From contig NW_024704742.1 of NCBI RefSeq assembly GCF_018977255.1, positions 103,232,001 through 103,296,000 of the forward strand: 64,000 nucleotides of DNA. The letters are read 5' to 3'. Origin of the DNA: Callorhinchus milii (taxonomy: Eukaryota). This document shows, one piece after another, positions 25,890-39,019 of the stretch. The translations under genes were made by a program, and so were the position numbers. Every line of letters begins with the position of its first letter. The stretch's first letter is position 1. The notes under the pieces were generated by a model. It made no database searches, was not told where the DNA came from, and worked only from the letters and a program-made list of their open reading frames with translations.

Positions 25890-27570
25890 AATAATTAGAG
25901 GACCAAGAAGACAATGTTAGCGAGCAACTTAGGGAGATTAACATTAGTAAAGAGATGGTTCTAGGTAAATTGTCGGGTCTTAAAACCGATAAATCCCCTG
26001 GACCGGATGGCCTGCATCCGAGAGTTTTAAAGGAGGTGGCTACTGAGATAGTGGATGGCATGTCTATAATCTTCCAAAAGTCTGTGGATACTGGAAAAGT
26101 TCCCATTGATTGGAAGATTGCAAACGTAACTCCACTATTTAAGAAGGGTGGGAGAGAAAATAGGGAAAACTATAGACCAGTTAGTTTGACGTCAGTTGTA
26201 GGGAAAATTCTTGAGTCCTTAATAAAAGACGTAGTTATGGGATACCTGGAAGACCATAAAAAGATTAGGCAGAGTCAACATGGCTTTACAAAAGGGAAGT
26301 CATGCTTGACTAACCTTTTAGAATTTTTTGAGGATGTATCCAGCAGGTTGGATAAGGGGGAACCAGTAGATGTGGTATATTTGGATTTTAGGAAGGCATT
26401 TGACAAGGTGCCACACAAAAGGCTGTTGCTCAAGATCAAGGCCCACGGGATTAATGGGAAAATATTAACATGGATAGAAGAGTGGCTATCGGGTAGAAAG
26501 CAGAGAGTAGTGATAAACGGATCATTGGCAGGATGTAACTAGTGGAGTGCCACAAGGATCAGTGCTTGGGCCTCAGCTGTTTACCATTTACATCAATGAT
26601 CTGGACGAGGACATTGAATGTAATGTGTCAAAATTCGCGGATGATACTAAACTGGTAGCAGAGTGAGCTCTCAGGATGATGCAAAAAGATTGCAACAAGA
26701 TATAGATAGGCTCGGGGAGTGGGCGAGTAGGTGGCAGATGGAATTCAATGTTAGCAAGTGTGAAATTATTCACCTAGGTAGCAAGAATAAAAGAACAGAT
26801 TATTTTCTGGAAGGGGAGAAGTTAGATAGAGTTAGTATTCAAAGGGATTTGGGTGTCCTTGTACACCAGTCCCAAAAAGTTAGTTTGCAGGTGCAGCAAG
26901 CAACTAAGAAGGCGAACGGCATGTTAGCGTTCATTTCGAAAGGTTTAGAATATAAGAGTAGGGAAGTCTTGCTGCAACTGTATAGGGCTTTGGTGAGACC
27001 GCACCTGGAGTATTGTGTGCAGTTTTGGTCTCCTTATTTAAAAAAGGACATACTTGCCCTAGAGGGGGTGCAGCGGAGATTCACTCGGTTAGTTCCTGGG
27101 ATGAGGGGACTGACCTATGAGGATAGGCTGAATAAACTAGGGCTGTATTCTCTAGAGTACAGAAGAATTAGGGGGGATATTATTGAAACTTATAAGATTC
27201 TTAAAGGGCTGATAAAGTAGACACTGAGGGACTGTTTCCCCTGGTAGGAGAATCTATAACCAGGGGTCACAGTCTTAAAATTAAGGGTCAGCCTTTTAGA
27301 ACAGAGTTGAGGAAATATTTCTTCACTCAGAGGGTAGTGAACTTATGGAATTCACTACCCCAGAAGGCTGTAGATGCTCAGTCCTTGAACATTTTCAAGG
27401 CTGAGACTGATAGATTCTTGAAAAATAGAGGGATTAGGGGATATGGGGATAGGGCAGGTAATCAGAGTTAGGTGAGAAGATCAGCCATGATCTTATTGAA
27501 TGGCGGAACAGGCACGAAGGGCCGAATGGCCTACTCCTGCTCCTAATTCTTATGTTCTTATGTTCTTATA
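25890..27570 (+). mobile_element. CR1 (HER1-like) LINE, 5'-truncated, RT domain with frameshifts
   Basis: [70 protein letters not shown] (~26631-26654), LVRPHLEYCVQFWSP; 3' UTR ggcctactcctgctcct and (TTCTTATG)n tail. Frameshifts near 26525, 26660 and 27215. Confidence 0.95.
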
Positions 27571-28029
27571 AAGTATATGGCAGGTACCAAATAAAACAAT
27601 TTGTGCTATCCTGTGGGAAGCAATATCGGGCTCTCAAAAGCAGCATTTGTTTCACTGAATATAACGTTTGATTTGTGACTGAATTTGCTGAATTTTTATT
27701 TTGTGATAACTGACTGGAATTGCTGATTTTTTTTTAGACCAAGCTGCTTGGATACAAGGAATAAAGGTCAACCTAACAGAGGAGAAAAAATAGGAAGTAT
27801 TTCTTTACAGATGGGTTACTAGGTAATAATAATAATAAACATATTTCTTGCAATTCAGATTCATTTCATTTCAGGAGAATGTCTAAAAGTGCTTCACAAG
27901 ATACACTATAAAATGTAGTGACTGTGCATTTTGCATTTTTTTTGCAGGTAAATGGTGCCTAGTATGCTTGAGGCCAGGACACTGAGCTAATTTAAGAAAC
28001 TATTAGATGTGGTAGTGGGAAGATAATGC

Positions 28030-28345
28030 TAATAATAATTCTAATAATAATGATCCTTGCATTTGATATAGCACCTTACCACTTCTTCGAGATGTCTCAA
28101 ATCGCTTTACAGAATATACTGTAAAGTGAATTGACTGTATATTTTGTGGGCGAAATGCAGCAGCCAATTGCGCACAGCAGCGTCCCACAAAACAGTTGTG
28201 GATTGAGTGACCAAATTTTTTTTTAAGGGATTATTACCCCCGGAAAAACAATCTGTCAATTGACTAACAACCAGGTTCCTACTCACTGCTAAGTAAAAAG
28301 AGACGTTTGGAATAAGGAATCTTGTCCAACATTTCACGCTGACAC
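28030..28345 (-). mobile_element. tRNA-derived SINE, long subfamily, 5'-truncated
   Basis: Tail and long block present, tRNA head absent. Confidence 0.85.
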
Positions 28346-28978
28346 CTAATAGAAATCTGTAGCAGTAGTGAGTGCTGCATGTCTCTGCCAGTTGAGCTGT
28401 GCAATATGTAGGAGTTGGAAGGCACGTGCACTGTAGATACAATGACAAAAACACCTCAACTGACCAAGTAGGGCATTGAGCCTGTTCTGCTTTAGACAGG
28501 GATATAGATGGTCTCTGCTGGAGTTGAAAGGTACAGACCAAGTGTTTTTGGCATGTCCCTTTTTGTATGTAAGCTGTAAACATTCGCACGATAAGCAAAA
28601 AAGGCAAAGTGGAAGAGGCAAACTTAAAACATTTAGAGTAAAAACTGAATATTTTGAAATCTGTAGCTTTAGGTAGATTTTGGTCCCTCCACCTGAGTGG
28701 AGTGTGCAGAAGCAGCCCACCCAGCCCACCCCTCGTCACAAGGGGTCAGGCCACATGCGTATTTTACAGGTTATTGTGTGCGTTGTGTTTTTCTTTTCCG
28801 TCATGGGAGTTTTTTTGATGCAAGTGTAAATATATACTCTAACAATAAGTATATATTTTGTTTAAAAAAAGAATTGAAATGTCAATTAAATATCAAGTTT
28901 TCATTCATCAGCATGGAACAGCACGGAAATGTGTTTTACTACTTGATAAGTGTTAATCTATTAATGTTAAAACTTATT

Positions 28979-29360
28979 GTGGAGTTCTGTAGCATATTGG
29001 TTAGAGAGCTCGCCTCAAAAACGAGAGGACCTGGGTTCGATTCCTGGGCAGGGCGAAACATTAAGCAAGTTTCCTTACTTTACACACCTCTGTTTACCTT
29101 GTAGTAAGTAGGAACACGATTGTCAGTCAATTGTCAGTTCGCTTTTCCGCAGGCAATAATCTCTTCAGAAAAAATAATAATAATTTGGTCACTCAATCCA
29201 CTGTTTGTGGGTCACTGCTGTGCACAATTGCCTACCGTGTTTCACCCACAAATATGCAGTCAATTCACTTTGCAATGTATTCTGTGAAGTGATTTGAGAT
29301 ATCTTGAAGACATGATAAGGCGCTACATCAAATGCAAGGATTATTATTACTATTATTATT
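28979..29360 (+). mobile_element. tRNA-derived SINE, long subfamily
   Basis: Head with GGGTTCGATTCC B box, long block, tail. Confidence 0.88.
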
Positions 29361-29599
29361 GGGGTGAAGTTCTGGATAGGTGGGTTCCCTAAGAACTGTC
29401 CAATCAACTGTTCAATACACAAGAAAACAGCAATTTCCTATGACTAGCACCATGATACTCCAGTCAGGAAATGTCTCTATTTAGAAGGCAGCTATATTAA
29501 TCACAGTTTAACACTTTAACAGTTAGGAGTCAGCCGTTGGAACTCTATAAGAAAAGAATGATTGTTTTATTCATATGCAAATTAAAAATTGGGTCTGTC

Positions 29600-29975
29600 T
29601 TCATTGGAAGAGGGAAGGTTAAGAGGGCATCTAATTGATGTCTTCAAATTTCTGAAGGGTTTTCAGAGGATCAATTGTGAAAGATAATTCCCACTGCTGG
29701 GTACATCAGTAACTAGGGAGCCAAAGATAAAGGTTGTCCCTGAAAGAATTCATGGAATGGTTACATTAATGTTTGCACACAAAGGTTTTTCAGAATATGG
29801 AATGCTTTACCAAAGTGGCTATTGAGATTGAGACCATGAAATCCTTTCAAGAGGAAATGGATACCATTTGAAGAAGAACAATATAAAGGGGCAACGAGAA
29901 GGAGTAGGGAATAGGGATTAGAGTAATTGGATCCTATAATGTGCAACTTCTGTGCTGTAATTTCTATCATTATGT
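29600..29975 (+). mobile_element. Decayed CR1 3' fragment
   Basis: RRLRGHLIDVFKFLKGF-type sequence and WNALP. Confidence 0.65.
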
Positions 29976-30780
29976 TTTATGTGCTGAATGGAAATGAGAG
30001 TTCTGCCTTACAGAAGCAAAGGAAAGAATAATTTCACAGACACTGTGTTTTATCATTTTACATTAGATAGACTCTGCCATATGGGGTGAAACCACACAAA
30101 TCAACAAGCAAATTACTATGAGTTAGGCGAATGATTGTCCCCATCAGGTACGCTGCAAGAGCAGTGGACAACACATTACGTGGAAAGGACAAGACATTCT
30201 ACTGACTGACGAACTATGAAGCTATTCCAATAGAAGAAGGTACACTGAACATGTGGAATTTTAACAATACATTATTCACACAGACTGTTGCATGCTTTTG
30301 CACACGGGAATTCTTTCAGCTACCTGCACTGTGGTGCAAGCTACCAGCTAGTACAGTGAGAAAGAGATATGTATAGCTGGAACAACGGCCTCCATGCAAG
30401 CCCTCAAGGAAATGGATTGATAGTCATAAAGGAGAGCAAGGCTCTGGGAGGGAAAGTGACCGTTAAAGGGAGAATCCACTCCTCACTATTTCATTGTAGA
30501 TAAAACAGCACTGTTAACCATCGATGGCTATGGAATATGCTTTTGCAGGAATGTTTCAAATGTTTCACTGAAGTCAATTCATCACTTTAACCCCAGTTAC
30601 AGTGCTGTGGGAAACGTGAAAATCGAATTTAACAAAGCACTTATCCTTGATGAACAGTGAAGGCAAACATCTAACCTCTGCAGAGATTGATGCTCCAGCC
30701 TTCAGAGGAAGCTTACTGGGAAAACTGTTGCAAAAGGAGAAGTTGTGTTGACCTCAGTGTTGGAGGTGACCCTTAGTCCA

Positions 30781-30800
30781 CTGTTGCCCCCTGGTGGACC
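30781..30800 (-). promoter_or_regulatory. CTCF-like motif
   Basis: Minus strand reads GGTCCACCAGGGGGCAACAG, in unique DNA. Confidence 0.5.
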
Positions 30801-30949
30801 AAGGGTAACCCCCATTACTTCAGCCTCACAGAGTATCAACATTGTGCTTGCAAGCTGCAAGATATTGAGTTCAAAAGAATTTGAAAAGATGTGATGGCAG
30901 CAATTGAAGGAGAAAACCTAAATGTTGACAATCTTTACATTTGGTAAAG

Positions 30950-31560
30950 TGGCTTTCACGTCAGGAGAACATAAAGCGCTTCACATGATATACTGTAAAG
31001 TGCAGTGACTATGTGTTTTGTGGTGAATATGGCAGCGATTTTTTGCACAGCAATGTCTCACAAACAGCCATAATAATAATAATAATAATAATAATCCTTG
31101 CATTTGGTATAGCACTTTTCACATCTTCTAGACGTCTCAAAGCGCTTCACAGAATATATTGTAAAGTGAATTGATTGTATATTTGTGGGCGAAATGCAGC
31201 AGCCAATTGTGCACAGCAGTGTCCCACAAACAGTCGTAGATTGAAATAACCAATTTTTTTTTGGAGGGATTATTATCAGGCATGTGGAAAAGGAAACTTG
31301 CCCAAGGTTTCGCCCTGCCTGAAATAAATGATCAATATTTGATGGGGAGATTGTTGGTCAGGACACCGAGAGAAACTCCCTTCTCTTTTTGAATACTGCT
31401 AAGGGATCTTTAACATTCACCTGAACAGGCAGACAGTATGCCAGTTTAATATCTCATCCAAAGGACAACACCCGCAACAGTGCACTCCAAGCAATGCTTT
31501 GGAGTGTCAGTTTAAATTAGTTCAAAGTCCCAATGCGGGCTTGAACCCACAGCCATCTGA
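30950..31560 (-). mobile_element. DeuSINE interrupted by a younger SINE
   Basis: Tail at 30950-31070; Deu domain and head at 31321-31560. Confidence 0.75.
31069..31320 (-). mobile_element. tRNA-derived SINE, short subfamily, 5'-truncated, nested
   Basis: (taa)n tail through aaggtttcgccctgcct. Confidence 0.85.
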
Positions 31561-31564
31561 TTCA

Positions 31565-32430
31565 CCCTCCACTCCCTACTCCCTCCAGTCCGGTTTCCAC
31601 AGCACAGGGGCAACTCTCATCAAAGTAACAAATGACATTCTCTCTCTGTGTGACCAAGACTCCCTCTGCCTCCTCGTCTTCCTGGATCTCTCCTCTGTGT
31701 TCGACACAGGCAAGCACGCCATCCTCCTCCACCGCCTCTCTTCCCTCATCCACCTTAGTGGGATCGCACTCGCATGGTTCAAGTCCTGCTTAACCAACCA
31801 GCAGCACTTCATCGCAGCCAATGCTTTTACCTCTCACCCCGCCCTGTCACCTGCAGGATACCCCAAGGTTCCATACTTGGCTCCCTTCTTTTCCTCATCC
31901 ACATGCTCCATCTCGACAGAGTCATCCGCAGACACAGGGTAAACTTCCACATGTATGCAAATGACACACAAGTCTACTTCTTTTTCTCTAGTTGCGACTC
32001 CCAGCCCGCTGATGTTCTGTCAGCTTGTTTGACAGACATCAAGACCTGGATGAGCCCAAAATTCCTGCAGCTGATCATTGACAAGACGGAAGCCATACTC
32101 TTTTGCTCCCACCAATGTCTTCTCTCCTATAGCTCAGACCTCCTCACCCTACCCTATCTCTCCCTAGGACACACTGAACCCATGCACAACTTAAGATCAG
32201 ATTTGACTCCCAGCTATCTTTTGTACCCCACTTCCGGTCCATGCTCTACACTTTCCCTCAATCCCTTTGACTTGTCCTCTCTCTCCCCATTTTCAGGTCG
32301 CGCTTGAAGATCTTCCTCTTCGACTGTGCCTTCGACTGTCACCTTCCACCTCCCCCGGCTCGGCATTGGGCTCTGCCACTGTTAAGACACCATCCGGCAT
32401 GAAGGTCTCTATATAAATGCAAGTTGTTAT
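31565..32430 (+). mobile_element. L2 LINE RT fragment with deletion
   Basis: LQSGF..LIKVTNDIL..LDLSSVFDT; IPQGSILG..NFHMYANDTQ; tail at ~32380-32430. Confidence 0.88.
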
Positions 32431-32914
32431 TTTTGATTCATAGGCGAGCCATGCTGATACACCAATAAATCACTGGGGGGGGGGTTCTAATGATGCTTTG
32501 GTAACTTACCTTGTTTTAAAAGCACTGAACTATAGTGTATGTAATGCAACTGCATTTTTTTTTACCCAAAACAGACTTTCAGGGCTAAAATCATTTTTTT
32601 TAGAATTCACATCTCCCAGAATGAAAGACAATATTCTTCTGCTAAACAAATTGCTTAAACTGCATCAAACACAAATGGGCCATGGTTTAAATTCGGGTCT
32701 TTATATTAGCTCATTTAAGAGTCACCTGTGGTGGCAATGCATGAAATAATGGAAGTGTTCTCCAGACCTAGAAGATTAAGTGGACATCTAATAGATGTAT
32801 TCAAAATGATGAAGGGTAATAGTGAATTATTATTTCCACTGGTTCAGGAATAGACAACAAAGAGGCATCAACCCAAGATTATTGCTATATGTATACTATT
32901 TCTACTACTGATGA

Positions 32915-33195
32915 TCCTTGCATTTGATATTGCACCTTATCACATCTTTGAGACTTCTCAAAGCGCTTCACAGGATATACTGTAGTGTTGTGACTATGTG
33001 CACTTTGTAAGCGAACATGGCAGCCACGTTATATACAGCAATGTCACACAAACAGCCATGCAGTGAGCGACCGATTATATCTGGAGGATAGTTGGCCAGA
33101 ACACCAGAAAAAACATCCTTCTCTTTCCGAACAGTGCCATGGTATCTTAAGTATCCAACTGGACAGGCAGAAGGAACCTCAGTTTAATATATCAT
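32915..33195 (-). mobile_element. DeuSINE fragment
   Basis: Reverse complement of tail and Deu domain. Confidence 0.72.
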
Positions 33196-34134
33196 GAGCA
33201 GAATGAGCAGAGTTGACCTGTTCCACAGGAAAACAGTTAAATACAAGAACAAGCATCAGGCTCTGAGAATACCATAGGATCCTGTATGTGGATAGATAAT
33301 GGCAGTGCAGCACTTGTACAGTACTGGTATTCTTGTGCAAATTATCAATTTGGGTTCATACCAAAAGTCAACTGCACTTTGAAGTTCATTTATAAATGAA
33401 AATTGCTGCTTTCCATAAGTGTCAATTACTTTCTGGTGAGCCAAATTTCATTGTGTGAATTGCTGGCCAGCCAAAGCCCTAATGGTTGAGGCGGTCCTAG
33501 TTGTACAGGCAAATGGGAAGTTTGCCTGACAGTACTCTCAATGGCAAGCTATGTGGTTTTAGCTGGTTAAACTCCAATGCACAGTATGGGTTCCCTAAGC
33601 CTAGGCTCTTGCCAACATCCGCCTAATACTTTGGGACAAGCATTCTTCCATCCAGGGAAAGAGTGTGCATTAACACTCTAGTCACAGAGAGATTTCCATC
33701 TGGAGGTGGCATACATATGTAGAACTCTCAGTCTGATTTGGATTCTCTAAAGCCTTGTTTTTCACATGTGTTCGGGACAAGACACACAAAAAAGTGCTGT
33801 GTGTCTTGTGCTGTGGCATATGACAGCATTATTGGGGGCTAATGTCATGCTAAGCTCTCCCGGCATTCAGAATATACATTTGTGAAAAAAACATTCAACA
33901 AACCTTGCTTCCAATGCATGATGTAACTACTTAAATTGTGACAAAGAGCATCATTGTGCTGCCTGCACATGATTAAGTCTAATTTGTGATATTCCTGAAT
34001 AAGAACAGCATAAATATCACTATAATTCCTGAAAAACATACCACAAATTAGACCTTGATACGTTCATGTCAATGAAAGTGATACTCAGTTCTTCAGGCTT
34101 TTCTCCAAACCTGAACAAAAAGGATTGACAAATA

Positions 34135-35945
34135 CTGTCAACTGTGAGGAGATGCTGGACTTCCTCGAATCTAAAATCGAGGGGATATGTTCAGCCACCT
34201 CAGCCCCGTCCACAGCCAGCCCCAAATCACCTCTCCCTCATGACCCACCCCCACCCATCCTATACTCCTTCGACCCTATCTCTCCTTCCTCCCTCACCAC
34301 GACTGTCCACAAACTCAAACCCACCACGTACTCCCTCGATCCCATCCCAACCTCGCTCCTCGTCTTCGAGCTCCACCTTCTGGCTCCCCCTCCTGTCCGA
34401 TGTCATCAACCTCTCCCTGTCCACCGGTTCAGTTCCCAAACAGCCGACATCACCCCCATCCTGAAAAAACCTTTCCTGGATCCATCTCTAGTCTCCAGCT
34501 ACCACCCCATTTCTGACCTCCCATTTCTTTCCAAGGTCCTGGAATGAGTCGTCGCATCTCAGCTCCGCTCCTTTCTCTCTCGCCATTCCCTCTTTGAACC
34601 CCTCCAATCCGACTTCTGCACTGCCCACAGCACGAAAACAGCTCTGGTCAAAGTCGCTAATGACATTCTGAACATCTGTGATCAGGGCTCCCTCTGCCTC
34701 CTTGTCCTCCTCAACCTTTCTGTTGCCTTCGACACTATCAATCACTCCATCCTCATACACCGCCTCTCTGCTTTATTCAATCTTCATGGACCTGCCCTTG
34801 CCTGGTTCGATTCCTATCTCTCTCACTGTCTCCACTTCGTTGCCTCTAACGGTTTCTCCTCCAGCCCCCGCACTGTCACATCTGGTGTCCCCCCAGGGCT
34901 CTGTCCTTGGCCCTCTCCTCTTAAATATCTACATGCTCCCAATCACAGACATGGGATCAACTTCCACATGACACCCAACTCTATCATTCTGCCTCCACCC
35001 TCAACTCCAATACCACTGCTGTCCTGACAGACTGCCTGTTGAACATCAAGTCCTGGATGAGGGTAAATTTCCTACAGTTGAATGTGAACAAGACTGAGGC
35101 CCCCCTGATTGGCTCGCGCCAGCGCCTCAGCACCTCAGGCTCTGGCAGCATCAACCTCCATGGTTGCACACTACAACTCACCAGCCAGTCAGGAGCCTGG
35201 GTGTCTTGTTCGACCCTCAACTGTCTTTTCTCCCCCACATTCAAGCCATGACCCGCTCTACCTTCCCTCACCTCCGTAACATCGCCCGACTCCGCCACTA
35301 CCTCACCCCTCAGGCCTCTGACACTCTTGTTCATGCCTTCATCACCTCCAGGCTCAACTATGCAAATGCCCTGCTTGTCGGACTTCACAACTTCTCCCTC
35401 CACAGCCTGCAGATAATCCATAAATCTGCAGCCCGTGTCCTCTCCCGCACCTAACTGCATGACCCCATCTCCCCCATTCTCACTCGACTCCTTTAGCTCC
35501 CTATCCTTCAGAGGATCCAGTTCAAGATCCTGGTCCTGACATACAAAGCCCTCCATGGCCTCGCCCCATCCTACCTCTGCGACCTCGTAACCCCCTATCA
35601 ACCCGCCCGTTCCCTCTGCTCAGCCGGCTATGGCCTGCTCCACATCCGCCGACCCACCCGCCCCACCATTAGCGGGAGAGCCTTCACCCACTCTGCCCCC
35701 AACCTCTGGAATTCCATCCCCCAGTCATTCCGCCTTGCCCCCTCCTTAGCCTCCTTCAAGTCCCGCCTAGAGACCCTCCTCTTCGACCATGCCATCGGTC
35801 ACCCCTCTTCCCCTCCCCTCCCTTACCCCCCAACTCCAGCTCGGGTCTGAAATGGTGTACTCTGTCCAGTGCCTTGGGACGTCCTCTTGACGTGAAAGGT
35901 GCTATACAAATGTAATCTTGTTGTTGTTGTTGTTGTTGTCGTTAT
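34135..35945 (+). mobile_element. L2 LINE, ~1.8 kb 5'-truncated, decayed ORF2
   Basis: [64 protein letters not shown]; stem-loop and (TTG)n tail. Confidence 0.93.
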
Positions 35946-37734
35946 TGTACTTTTTGATGAAGAAAATACTGCATTATCAGTGCAAAGTTATGTAACGGTT
36001 TGGGCCTTGGATATGATCAAAACTAATCCAAATCACTGAACCTAAGTTAGAAATCACTGCAGTAGCTATCCTGCTGTACACTGGGTCACTGGGTCATTCA
36101 CTACATAGCTGTAAAAAAATTGGCTATAAAATACACAGTAACTACCCTTTACATTAAAGTCCTGTGAAGTACTTTGAAATATGTTGATGATGTGATGAGG
36201 CGCTGTATCAATTTCAAGGATTATATAGTGAAGATGCTGACTTTGAACTCCGGAAATGCAGTTACAAAAAAAGCTCTTCGTCAGAAAAAAATAATTGTTG
36301 GCAGCCGTTTGTCAAAGGGGAACACTGAGCAATACATCACAGTGAGTACACTGAAATACATGAATGTCAATACTTTGGAAGGGAGTTGGCACTTGTGTAG
36401 GGAATTGACCAATTAATAATCAGTGATCAAACTTGGGAAGTGAACTTGGAAATCTGATTGATGTTCCTGTTGTTTCAGTGCAACTATTTGTCAAGTCAAT
36501 TCAAGAAAAAAACACTGGAGGATTCTAGAAAGGACTGCAGTGGATATTCTTTAATTCACCCAATACTGCTCCAGTGCTGACGGCATTTTCACAGATGAAG
36601 TATGAGTTGAGTAATATGAAGGGTGAAAGACATTGACGTACAAAGCAAGTCAAGTTCCTAAGACACATTTTAGGAGTCAATGCATCAGCATTGTGAAAGT
36701 TTGTTTAAAAACTTCTCCAGTTGTTGAGGGGAGCCACAGGTACTGATGCTAAACCTGCCTTTCCCAGGATTCACTCACGTACCTTCCAGCAGGGCTCGAT
36801 CAATCAGTTTCTCAGGAGCACAAACTCTGGCCAATGTTCCTTCTCTCTAGTCTGGTGATGCTGAGATCTACTGCTGGCTTAATTAACAGCTTTGTTCCTC
36901 AGTGTCAAAATGTTTCTGTTAAGTCCAGTGTTTATATATTCTTCAAGGTTAACCAAAGCTTGTTTTACAGATTTCATGGATCATAGCTTGAAACAAAGCA
37001 CTGGCACTGATATCTATTACTTCATAAGGGATTGAAAGAAAGATTAGCATTCACAATGTGATTGACTAACAGAGACTCAGAGTTGCTAATAGGGAATGGA
37101 TCCTGTCTGTAACCAACAGCACATCAAGACCAACATATGGAAGTTCTGCTCTAAAGTGCTGAAGATAGATGACAGGGTTCCCACGAGTCAGCTGTGATGT
37201 AGCCAATTGTCCATTAGCAATTCCGAGACACTAACAGTGAATCTTGTTGCAAATGCCAATGTTTCCCTCAGTTCCTTCGCCTTGCTCCCTCTATTGCCTC
37301 CTTTAAGGCATGTTGGTTCAACCTCATCTTAGGTCACTTTCCTACTCCAACCCTCCCTGCCCTCCACCCCTCCTGATTTCACCCCCCAGCTTGGGTCAAA
37401 TCCCAATGTGAAAGGCGCTTTACAAATGTAATTTGTTGTTGTTTCATGCCAAAGTAAAGATGAAAGTTTAACGTCATGGTTAACCACACTGATTGTTTTC
37501 CTGTTACAGGCTATTTATTTTGACTATTTGTGTGATTGCTGTATGTTTCCTAGGTTCTCGTATACTGGTGTTTTTAAAACATCACTCTAGTAGTAGTTCA
37601 AGATATTCCTGTTAGCCCGTTTTATGGCATGACAGATGCACTAATTCAAATTAAATGTTGTCAGCTATGGTAACTAAATCACTGGGCTGTAGATACAATG
37701 GTTTGGGATAATGTACCTCTTTTTTTTATTCATA

Positions 37735-38140
37735 GATTCATTGAATGTTATGGCACAGAAGGAGGCCATTCGGCCTATCGAGTCTGTGCCGGCTCTTTGA
37801 CAGAGCAAGTCACTTTCACTAACCCCAATCACCAGCTTTCTCCCCATAAACCTGCAAACCCATCTTCCCCAGATACCTATCCAGTTCTCTCTTAAAAGCA
37901 TTACCCTTTCAGGCAGATCATTCCAAATTCGAACAACTCGCTGAGTGAAAAAAATTCTTCTAACCGCCCACGGGTCACAGACACACCTACCAGCGGAAAC
38001 AGCTTTTCCTTATCTCGCCTGTCGAAACCTTTCATGATCTTGAAGACCTCTATCAGGTCCCTGCGTAACCTTCTCTGCTCTAATGGGAAAAGTCCTAACT
38101 TCTCCAGCCTGTCCTCATAGCTAAGGTTCCCCATTCCTGG
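37735..38140 (-). mobile_element. CR1 3' fragment
   Basis: LSYEDRLEKLGLFPLEQRRLRRDLIEVFKIMKGFD; CR1 3' UTR. Confidence 0.88.
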
Positions 38141-38339
38141 TACCTCTTATTCTGTGTTTGTTTAAAAAACAATAATGTTGATATTAAGTCCCCAAAGCCT
38201 CTAGGCAAAGTTATTTTTCTGAAGCCAAAGGGGGAATGTGTTCATACCCAAACCTATCATTAAGAATGAGTTTGAAGGTCATGTATTAATCACATTTTCT
38301 GCTAACGTGATAATCATCACTGGTGATATTTATCACATT

Positions 38340-38373
38340 GATATATATATATATATAATATATATATATATAT
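38340..38373. repeat. (AT)n microsatellite
   Basis: Direct reading. Confidence 0.9.
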
Positions 38374-38374
38374 G

Positions 38375-38510
38375 AGAAACTCCCTTCTCTTTTTTGAGTG
38401 GTGTCAAGGGATTTTTAATGCCCATCTTTAGCATCTCATCCAAAGGATGGCACCTCCAACCATGCACTGCATTGGAGTTTTAGCTTCGACTATGAGTTCA
38501 AAGTCACGAT
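38375..38510 (-). mobile_element. DeuSINE fragment
   Basis: gagaaactcccttc..tctcatccaaaggatggcacctccaac. Confidence 0.65.
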
Positions 38511-38644
38511 GGAGGCCTCTTCTCTTTGTCATATGAAAAAATCATTGTTGGAAATCCCATTCATTTACTTTACAAAATGTACTACACTCTAAGTAAATCC
38601 TGTGAAACGTTTTGAGGCATCCTCTTGACGTAAAAGGTGCTAAA

Positions 38645-38825
38645 TCAACAACAACAACAAGAACAACAAAATTACATTTGTATGGTGCATTTCCCATTGG
38701 GATGACATTCCAAGGTGCTGGAGAGACTGAGTTTCGGACCCGAGCTGGGGGTTGGGATTGGTGAGGGTGGAGGTCAGTGGGGGGAAGCAGGGAGATCGAA
38801 AGTACAGTTGAAGAGGAGGGTCTTG
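38645..38825 (-). mobile_element. L2 3' end fragment
   Basis: (caa)n tail and degenerate stem-loop. Confidence 0.7.
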
Positions 38826-39000
38826 ATCAAATGCTAGGATTCCTGTTATTATTTATAATTCATGCAGGATGTGATAATATATAAAGTATATTTAATGCAT
38901 TTGAATGGATTACATATTCAAACAAAACAAATAAATAAAGTGAAGTCTTGTAATTGTAATATGCAAGACTGATCGAAGATAATGATTCCATTTTATAAAG

Positions 39001-39019
39001 AACCAGCAGGTGGCAGTGT
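39001..39019 (+). promoter_or_regulatory. CTCF-like motif
   Basis: AACCAGCAGGTGGCAGTGT in unique DNA. Confidence 0.5.

Noticed and set aside
25955..27220. Intact reverse transcriptase gene or novel RT system
   Set aside because: Ordinary CR1 ORF2: 5'-truncated, no endonuclease, about three frameshifts.
28107..28739. 210-aa ORF as a host gene
   Set aside because: No recognisable domain; it runs into a SINE and has no convincing splice structure.
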